From Octopus sinensis (Eukaryota): a stretch of DNA of 64,000 bases. The stretch spans positions 17,868,464 through 17,932,463 of the forward strand of contig NC_043011.1 of the NCBI RefSeq assembly GCF_006345805.1. The letters are read 5' to 3'. Each line of letters begins with the position of its first letter. The first letter of the stretch is position 1. Positions 55,505 through 64,000 of the stretch are shown here, in pieces. Below the pieces are notes generated by a model that was not told the DNA's origin, made no database searches, and worked only from the letters and a program-made list of their open reading frames with translations. The translations under genes were made by a program, and so were the position numbers.

Positions 55505-55764
55505 CCCCTAGTATATAATCCCTGGTTTGAGCTGAGATTATGAGTCACTGTACTGGCTCTCATATCATTATTACTACTATTATTATTCCTACTGAGCATT
55601 AAACCGGGAGCGGAAGAAGCTGTGCCTCCGGAAAAAGGTGATAGGATCTTAGTAAGCAGCCTATTATTATGGGAGGCGATTATCTGGGCGAGGTTTTTAG
55701 TGTTGGAGAAAGCTATCCTAACTTTATGCGAGTTAACCGTGGAGTAATATTTGGAATTGTGCCG
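55505..55764 (-). pseudogene. PLE RT-EN linker present only in the left copy
   Basis: RHNSKYYSTVNSHKVRIAFSNTKNLAQIIASHNNRLL resembles the Naiad-type motif HxKYxKIFNRNxVKLSYSxxxNxxxIIxxHNxxLL; in frame with the EN. Confidence 0.65.
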
Positions 55765-56096
55765 ATATTTTTATGCAGAAAGCGGAATTTTATAACGCTT
55801 CACTATCCAAGGCCGGTTATAGGCAGAAGGTAATTTATATTGATCCGGCCCTTCCGATGCCATCATTCGGTCATCAGGATAGGGCCGTCTATAATAACAT
55901 AAACAATTTAAGTAGTGACGGGAGCGCGGCGGGTGCTGGGGCAGTCGCTCCTTCATTTAATTTAGCGAACAAGGATAATTATCGGTCCGGGGGATCTCAC
56001 ACTAACCCAAAACCCGTTATTCATCCGAGAATCACCCACCCGAATGCGAGAGCTGGCGTCCCGACCCATCACATAAATAGGAATAAGCATATATAG
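55743..56096 (+). pseudogene. PLE RT thumb/linker fragment present only in the right copy
   Basis: SNIWNCADIFMQKAEFYNASLSKAGYRQKVIY resembles SxISxNxEIFxxAxPxYxxALxxSGYxxxLxY. An internal deletion at ~56091 shifts it out of frame with the EN. Confidence 0.65.
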
Positions 56097-56293
56097 TTAT
56101 AAATAGGGGTGTTGTGATTGACGGTAACAACGGCAGTAGTGAGGTGAGCGCAGCTCGGCTCGTTAGGGTAGAGAGTCCCAATAGCAACTCTAGCATCGTT
56201 TCCGGCAATAGCAGCACCACGGGCACTAGCAATGACAGCACTCTGTTAGATAGTGGAGAATGAGGGGTTATTCCGTTAGTTAATAGTGACGTA

Positions 56294-56782
56294 GTGGAAA
56301 ATAAAGTAGTAAGCGGCTGCAGTTCTGGCAACAAATATAGTGACAGTAACGCAGTTCTAATTTCAGAAACTGATCCTAACAGAATAAGATTCACGTCGAT
56401 GAACTCCAAGATCAGAAACGCCGTCTACCAATGCAAGGTTTACACGGACTCAGATGTCTACGCTTACGTCGGGGCCTCATCGTCAAGATTGGCCTTACGA
56501 ATCTCCAACCATTACGCAACTTTTCGAGATGTGAATAAACGCCAGACCACGGGACTTAGCAAGCTAATATGGCGATTGAAGAATACGAACTCAAGCTACA
56601 GGCTGGAATGGTCAATTTTGTCGGTGGCCCTCCCATTTGACAGGGGCAGAAGGAAGTGCAACCTTTGTGTCTCCGAACTCTTCCATATATTGTTCGCCAG
56701 AGACCGGATGGTAAACGGACTTTTACAGTCGGCTTTTCGATGCCCCCATTGGCGGCGTTATACTTATCTTGCTTATAAATAA
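56294..56782 (+). CDS. GIY-YIG endonuclease domain of the PLE, right copy (not an independent gene)
   Basis: Same motifs as the left copy (AVY...YVG, RxxxH, CNLC, E, N, CPH), open for 162 codons. Confidence 0.8.
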   Translation: MENKVVSGCSSGNKYSDSNAVLISETDPNRIRFTSMNSKIRNAVYQCKVYTDSDVYAYVGASSSRLALRISNHYATFRDVNKRQTTGLSKLIWRLKNTNSSYRLEWSILSVALPFDRGRRKCNLCVSELFHILFARDRMVNGLLQSAFRCPHWRRYTYLAYK

Positions 56783-57437
56783 CGCTTATAAATAATACCT
56801 GCACCCGGTTACCCTACTTATATGAAAATAGCCCTTGGTAATAAATTCTGAAATATGATTAACCATTGCAAGGGGAATTACTCCTGGGTGATGAATGGTG
56901 TTTTGTTTTTGACGACGAGGGGTTTCTTTGACAAGGCATGATTAGACGAACACACGCACACATAAAATATTTTTCTGCCGCCCGACGGATTTTACAGCAG
57001 TGACCATTGTGTAGAGCTGTTTACCAACTGACAGCCGCGCGATCAAACGCACACACGTACACATAAAATATTTTCTATCCCTTGACGGATTTCTCAGCAG
57101 TGACCAGAATGTAGCGCTTCTTACCAACTTGCGCCCGCACACATATATAGAACAGCACACACACACATGTCTCTAAGTAGATTTTACCCCGCCCCATATA
57201 ATACACCTAATATTCTTTAAATAGTCAGAACTTTACTCTCGGTCACAAAGAACATCTACGCACCCCGTGCCCTCACCCACCGGAATGACCGCTGCCTGAC
57301 CCGTTAAAATCTTCAACGCACCCACCACCCGTTTTCAACATACACTGATAAACAGTTTGGCCATGGGCTCTTAGGAGCCTCGTTCGATTTGTTTTGCTCC
57401 GCCTCTGTTCTGTTTTTGTTTTTTCCAACGGATTTCC

Positions 57438-57529
57438 TATTTCTTCCTGAAGAGAAAGACACAATATGGTCTCATTATTCAATCGGAATTTGGTAATTGT
57501 GCCTTTCGAAACACGTGTAGAATGAAATA
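57438..57529 (+). ncRNA. Type I hammerhead ribozyme, right arm
   Basis: TATTTCTTC-CTGAAGA-GAAAGACACAAT(30 nt loop)ATTGTGCCTTTC-GAAA-C(acgt)GTA-GAA[t]GAAATA. Stem I 9 bp with one bulge, stem II 11 of 12 bp, GUA triplet, predicted cut after 57519. Confidence 0.87.
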
Positions 57530-57578
57530 AAACGATTTCTGTTCAATCTTCGTTCAACTCCATTTCTTCAATTCACTA

Positions 57579-57580
<2 letters not shown>

Positions 57581-57640
<60 letters not shown>

Positions 57641-57699
57641 ATAATATATATATATATTATATATATATATCATATATATATATACATATATATATATAC

Positions 57700-57751
<52 letters not shown>

Positions 57752-57781
57752 CATATATATATAACATATATATATATATAT

Positions 57782-57836
<55 letters not shown>
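57581..57836. repeat. Long (TA)n-rich tract (representative; similar tracts at ~5610-5810, 13380-13630, 15360-15680, 53270-53580)
   Basis: Directly visible. Confidence 0.95.
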
Positions 57837-57839
<3 letters not shown>

Positions 57840-58613
57840 CTTCTAGAGAGTGATATATACACTTTTAGAGTAAAGCATTACAGACACGTGCATGATATTC
57901 CCGCCGTGATTGCAATCGCTTAAGTAACAGTCTAAGTGGTATTATATTAAAATCATGCGGCAATATTTTTTCACACACTACAACTCAGTTTGAGCAGTCC
58001 ACACAGTTGCCTTTCTTTCCAATCATTTGCACTATTTATTTTTTATCAGTCTAGCTTTGGTTCGTATAAGCGGTTTCTATAACTCTGTCTCACTTTTCAC
58101 TGCTGTATTTTTTATTCGTGTTTTCTTTTGCTTCCGCTTATTTATAACATATATTGTATTGTAGACTCACAACACTGAATTAACCGCTATTTTCCTCAGC
58201 TTTAGGCCATCTTCTCTCTTTCTTCAAACTAAAGAAATTATTTCCTTTAAATGCATTGTCATTTGAAGGCAAACAGTTTTCAAGTGAGAAAGGTTTCTTG
58301 AAGGAAAAAATATATTGAACTACTTAATGACAACTTTTCTAGAAATTTTCCATAAAATGTTTGAAAGGGACGTTCAAGGTGATACTAAGGATTCTGTTCA
58401 TGTCCGAAAAATAATGTAATACAATTTATATCAAATAATACAAAAGTTGATCTAATACAGAAAGAGCTGAAACATGCATCTGCCAATTTGAAAACTTCAC
58501 TGGAACGTACTGAGCTAATTAAGGTAGCTCCACTAAATAAACGTTCTACGAAGTACAATTTCTTAGGTGTCTGAAAGGATTTACTGCCCTCATGTAAACA
58601 TTGATATATATAT

Positions 58614-58667
<54 letters not shown>

Positions 58668-59460
58668 GGGGGGGTGTAAATAAATATATAGATACATACC
58701 GATTGCACAAACCTGAAGACGGTGTATGGATTTACGGTAATGGTTAAATGCATCTGCTTCTAGTTGTATTTACTGGGCATTTTGCTTTATCCATCTACCA
58801 ACATTAGAACTGATACGTAATTACGAGCCCTAGAATCAGCTGTCGTTACTTTCTGCAAAGTCGTTCTGCAAATATATGAATATTGATGTCTTATACATGA
58901 ATGTTCATCTTTTGAATACTTTCAGTATTCGTTTTTTTTATATATACCCTATATCCATTTACTTGTATATATACGTGTAAGGATATTTTATATATCAAGG
59001 CCAAGCCTTCTTTATTTGCATCATCATCTTCTTATCATCTCACCTGGATCCCTCACATAACTACACTTTACCACGAGTTAGTAGTCATCGATAAAGATTT
59101 CGGAGAGTATGTTCAATCATTTGAGCATTAATAAATGATATCTGTATTGAACATCTATCTATTTATCTACCTATCTCTGTGTGTGACTTTGTGTGTGTGT
59201 GTGTGTTTGTGTCTGTGTGTGTCTGTGTATAATATTTTGGATTTTTGGGTGTATGTCGATTTGTGTGTTAATGTGTTGAGTAAAACCCTGGCACGGTTTC
59301 GGCTACCTGGTGCCATCCATAGTTTGGGATATATTTTCGTTTGATTCACTTCAGGAATTCCGCTGTGTTAGTTTGGATAACAACTAAGTAACCAGAAGAT
59401 GGATTATACATATATATATACATACATACACACACACACATATATACATATATATATATA

Positions 59461-59500
59461 ATTTATTAATTTTATTAAATTAATTATATTTCACCCTTTT

Positions 59501-59547
<47 letters not shown>

Positions 59548-59596
59548 TATATACAAAAAAGGGTGAACTATAATTAATTTAATAAAATTAATAAAT
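59461..59596. repeat. Fold-back with 45/46 bp arms centred on (TA)n
   Basis: 59461-59505 is the reverse complement of 59551-59596 with one mismatch and one indel. Confidence 0.9.
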
Positions 59597-59823
59597 TTCA
59601 CCTAGTAGTTTTATCGGTATGAAAAAGACCATATTTGGTAAGGATTATATTAATTATAATAAAGGGTTAATTGCAACAAGTTGCTCAAAACCGCATACCG
59701 AAAATATTAGAAATGGCAGCCAAATAGATCACCATTTCCCCTACTAGTAAAAAAGTCTCCACAAACAATCAGAATTTGCAACCCGTATATGGCAAAGAGA
59801 AAGAAAAAATATATATATATATA

Positions 59824-59882
<59 letters not shown>

Positions 59883-60703
59883 TATAAGCAGAAAGAAATA
59901 AGGAGGGCGAGAAAGTCACATACGCATAATATGTATATGAATAAGGGTATGCATGTACACACATTTACACAATGCCTAGGAACTAACAAATATCAATATA
60001 CCACTAGTCGTCTTACATACTACGCGCACGCACAATCACGCACCAACACCGCCACACACACGCAGTATCCCTTAGAATCCAGCATATAGAAGATTCTCAC
60101 GACCAAAATAATATGCCAATATATAGTTCTGCATTTAAGATGGCATCTTTTCAGAATCAATGCCTCTTCGAAATTGGTGAAATCATTTAACGATATCTTT
60201 TCATATTGCAAGGTTTTCATCTAATTGAAAATCTAATTTATATGCACGTACGAACGCTTATTTATAATAACTACAGCATATGAATAGAGCGTGGTTATTG
60301 ACTGCAATAAGGCAGAATATGAAGCTACTGGTAGAAGCTTTGTAGCTACAGCTCAAAATGGAATTGAATGCAGAGAAGTCAGTCCAGTATTGTATTCAGT
60401 ATATCTCGCAGTGTTATACTGAGACGAGTGTAAAGCTCCAAATTTATAAGCACTGGCATGGCAACCAGGATTTTACGATTTTCTCTTTTGTAGTCCAAAC
60501 CTATTGCATGTTGTCTTGAGCATAAAGTCTACTACTTTACCTCCGCACCGACCAATGACTTGTGAGTGAAATTTATAGAGAGAAACTGTGTGAATGCGCT
60601 TCGTATATGTACACACACACACATACACCCCCACACAAACAAACAGACATGTACATGTGTATATATATATATATGTATGTGTGTGTGCATATACGATATA
60701 TAT

Positions 60704-60737
<34 letters not shown>

Positions 60738-63700
60738 CAAAGAAGACGCATGGGCAATTTAATGACCTAGATAATAAGAATTTAAAAAATATACAATACT
60801 TATTTTGGTCACTAATAGCAGAAGCACCAACATAACATGCAATTATACGTATATGTTGATTGTGTATTAGAGAGTCTATGAATATTTTTTGAATATTCAT
60901 TACATAATAAGTTCTCGGATATTATATTTTCCTGTAACCATAGATATCATGAAACATTTAAATATTTTGGTTAACCTAAATAAATTAACCATCTAATTTT
61001 TATTTATCTATATTTCGATTAATCCCTATACTCCTGTCATTCTGTAACTTCATAATTAACCAACTATTACCTCCCTAACACTTATAAAATTCACTAAATC
61101 GCATTTCCCATAATTCCTGTTAAAACATTTCCTCCCGTTAACTACCGCACCTCCCTATATATCTAAATCTCATTGTACCCAGGACAAGGTAGCACAAAAT
61201 TTGAAATCCTGATTAAGCCACGCTCTAATGAAGGAAGCCATATCCAATTTTCGGAATGAGAACACTCTTAAAATCTATAAATTACTGTACCCCTGAAACT
61301 GCCGTAAGAGGATTACACTCAACAATTCACCTTAACAACATTAACTTAATCTCTCGGATTATTTACATGTCTTTTTTTAAATATTCCAACCTCAACGCTA
61401 CGATTTCGTTTATTTGCTCTTCGAAAGACTTTACTTTATTGACCTTTTTGTATGGGTATCCACTTATTCTTAGTAATCTTTACAACGCCGTCATAACGTC
61501 TTTACACTCATTTTTTTATATATGTATATTAGTTTTTGATATATTTGTGTTTTCATGAATTGTTAATATATTTTAATATTTTAACGACTGATGCATTGGT
61601 ATATTTTAAAGAGTGATATGCAGAATATATATGTATAAATAAAATTTTGAACCTATCTGAAATACTCCTTCACATTTTTTCATACGTTTTATCAGAGCAC
61701 TTCTGAGTAGTGCTTAGACAATAAACAAAGAAATTTTACTGCATATATATGAACATATATAAATAGATACAAATATATAGCTTTGTATAAACATATGCAT
61801 ATATAAGCATATTCACACATATATATTAAGGCTGGAGATACTTCACAAACAACTTGTTTAAAAATATAAAAAGCGAGGATAGTACAACCAGTTGGCCATA
61901 TTGTGTTCAACAATAATGTCAATGAATTATATTCTATATTTATATCTAGAATATGTTGTCTAAGTTTGCCTTGTATATGCTGTAGCATTCCCACCGGGTT
62001 CCTCCGTGCAATTATTTCCGTGAGTTGTTCATAAGGTTGTCACTTTGAGTGCGTAGGTGAATTCAAATTGCCAATGTCACATGTTTTTTTGTTTAGTTCG
62101 TATTGGTTAGGTGTTGTTTCTATCATTCAGTGCGAAAGTGTGTTTATTTGCGTACATACATCTGGACAGTCGCTCTACAAATCTATTTATACTGCTATCG
62201 TTGGTCAATAATATAGAAAATGATTCCTCCAAGGAATCCTTCTTTAACAGGCCTCGTCTTCTCTATACCTAATAGTTTGTTATCGGGTTTTATCTATTTA
62301 TATTTCTTCCCACATACTTTCTCTTTTATATCTTCTTTTCTTTTCTACATCAACACCAAATTTTTTTAATACACATTAGTCCCAAAACTTACAATCGCGC
62401 GGGTCGCGTGTGCAACAGAGAAATAAGAATGGAGTGTGTACCCACACACAGAAGTCTGTGGAAATTGCGAGAACATCTGTTTCTAAATTACAACTAACTT
62501 AGAATGTAATTATTCTCATTGAACCGCGTTCGAAACACTCGTAAATTAACTTTCTTTTGGTTTAATGTTTCAGCACGATTCAAATTATATTCATGAGATT
62601 ACGTATCAATATTTCGTAATCTTGTGTGTTTTGTTACTCTAGAAATTATTACCCTCGCCTTCAGAACAATACATTTATAGACATGATTCGTGGCATAATT
62701 TGTACTGGTTCGTATGAATATGAGTAGTCTTCCATTCTTCCAAATAAGAAATACTTGTCACTTAAAGAGTTCGAGCGGAACAATTAAAGAATTACTACAA
62801 TTCCTAACTCAAACAGCAACAACCTTTGTCGCAAATCCTAATTTGACATCGAAGCTATAAACATAGAAACAAAATTTACACCATGTTTATTAGGTTAATA
62901 TCTTCCTATACTTTATATTCTTGTCCAGAACTGGAAGGACAAAATGAAGTGTTTTGTAAAATGCTGCTACACAAAGATTTTCATGGAAAAAATGTCTAAC
63001 CAGTGTAATTGGATGAGAATGGACTTTGCTGATGGCGCGTTGTCAGTTAGAAATGTTCTCATTGGGAGACAGTGAGTGGCTGCTGTCAATTTCAATACAA
63101 CATCAGGCAACCAACAAGTTTTTATGGAAACACACACACACACATTCATATACACATTCACTCACACACACGTACACACACACTCCCACACTTCCATATA
63201 TATACCCGTATAACTATACACACAAAAGCAATCATATATATATACACACAGATTTACACACATACATATACATAAATCTATAAATCTCTACTGAAAGAGG
63301 AAAGAGACAGGCAGGCATACATAGCTATCTAGGCTGCGAGAATAATATTTAGAATTTCGAATACTATGCGTTACAAATTAATATGAACTAGTTTGTTAAG
63401 GTTTCAAACGATGAGATATATGATGATATTTTGTGTTCAACATATTAAGAATTCCAGACAAATACCTTAAAATAACATAATATTTGTGTATTTGTATTGT
63501 TATATTTCTATAGTTTGAAATGCTAACCAAATATCTTTCACAGCCATTTAAAATGTTAGAAAGATTCCTATTCAACTGTTGATAAAACAAATAACAGATA
63601 TTTTTCAAGGATTAATCGTGAGGCATACAATGGTGATATAAATTTAATCAGCATCTGGCATGAATTGTAAAACCTCAACCTTTAGGCAGTATTTTCGATT

Positions 63701-64000
63701 TTCTTTCATGGTTTGAAACAAGGCTGAGAAAGCGTTTGTATCGTTTGAAATATTTTAATTTTTTTTTTATTATCGATGACAATTAAGAGGAAGCAAATAC
63801 AAATACCGTTACTCCAGTAGTGTCGATCGACCATTTACAATTGCAGATGCACCAGCTTTATATTTACCGGCGTCAATGACGATTGCTAATGAAAATGGTA
63901 ATGATAGGTTTTGAGGAAAGTAGAACGAAAGTGATGTATGTCTTTCTATTGATGTTAACATAATTTATGCCGTATGATTCATATACGCGTGAAGGTATTG

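Larger units (their letters stand above)
54016..57580. mobile_element. Penelope-like (Naiad-type) retroelement palindrome: two divergent 5'-truncated copies
   Basis: Arms 54016-55504 and 56092-57580 (1489 bp each, about 30 differences by hand). The 587 bp centre contains PLE linker sequence on the minus strand and RT-thumb sequence on the plus strand. Flanked by (TA)n tracts. Confidence 0.9.

Noticed and set aside
56849-56905. SECIS-like ATGAT...AA...TGAA segment downstream of the EN stop
   Set aside because: Helix II gives only about 5 pairs instead of the usual 11-12. Not convincing without SECISearch.
58330-58560. Faint RT-like words (VQGD..., KELKHAS..LKTSLERTELI); also NYRTSL at ~61140
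   Set aside because: Too decayed to support by eye; needs a profile search.
58712-58745. CTGAAGA followed by CGGTGTATGG
   Set aside because: No closing stem II or GAAA. Similar incomplete cores at ~10995, ~32757 and ~37746 were rejected for the same reason.

Overview
AT-rich eukaryotic DNA, dense in microsatellites ((TA)n, (CA)n, (TATC)n, (AAT)n) and interspersed repeats. The two tRNA-derived SINE families and the overall repeat landscape resemble an octopus/cephalopod genome; this is inferred from repeat recognition, not a database match. I can support no intact host gene, rRNA, genuine tRNA or CRISPR array, and most ORFs in the supplied track are translated dinucleotide repeats. The recognisable coding remnants are all transposon-derived: a dead 2.3 kb CR1-clade LINE (50955-53268, -), RTE 3' fragments, and very decayed L2-like and Gypsy-like pieces. 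The most notable structure is a 3.6 kb palindrome (54016-57580) of two divergent Penelope-like (Naiad-type) element ends. Each arm carries an open GIY-YIG endonuclease frame and a well-paired type I hammerhead ribozyme (HHR) fold. Between 34.9 and 57.5 kb I folded seven HHR motifs from five unrelated sequence contexts by hand, all with a self-complementary stem III. One has a compensatory G3:C8 core swap and one is fused to a tRNA-derived Pol III head. Coordinates of decayed repeats are approximate, and mismatch counts are hand counts.
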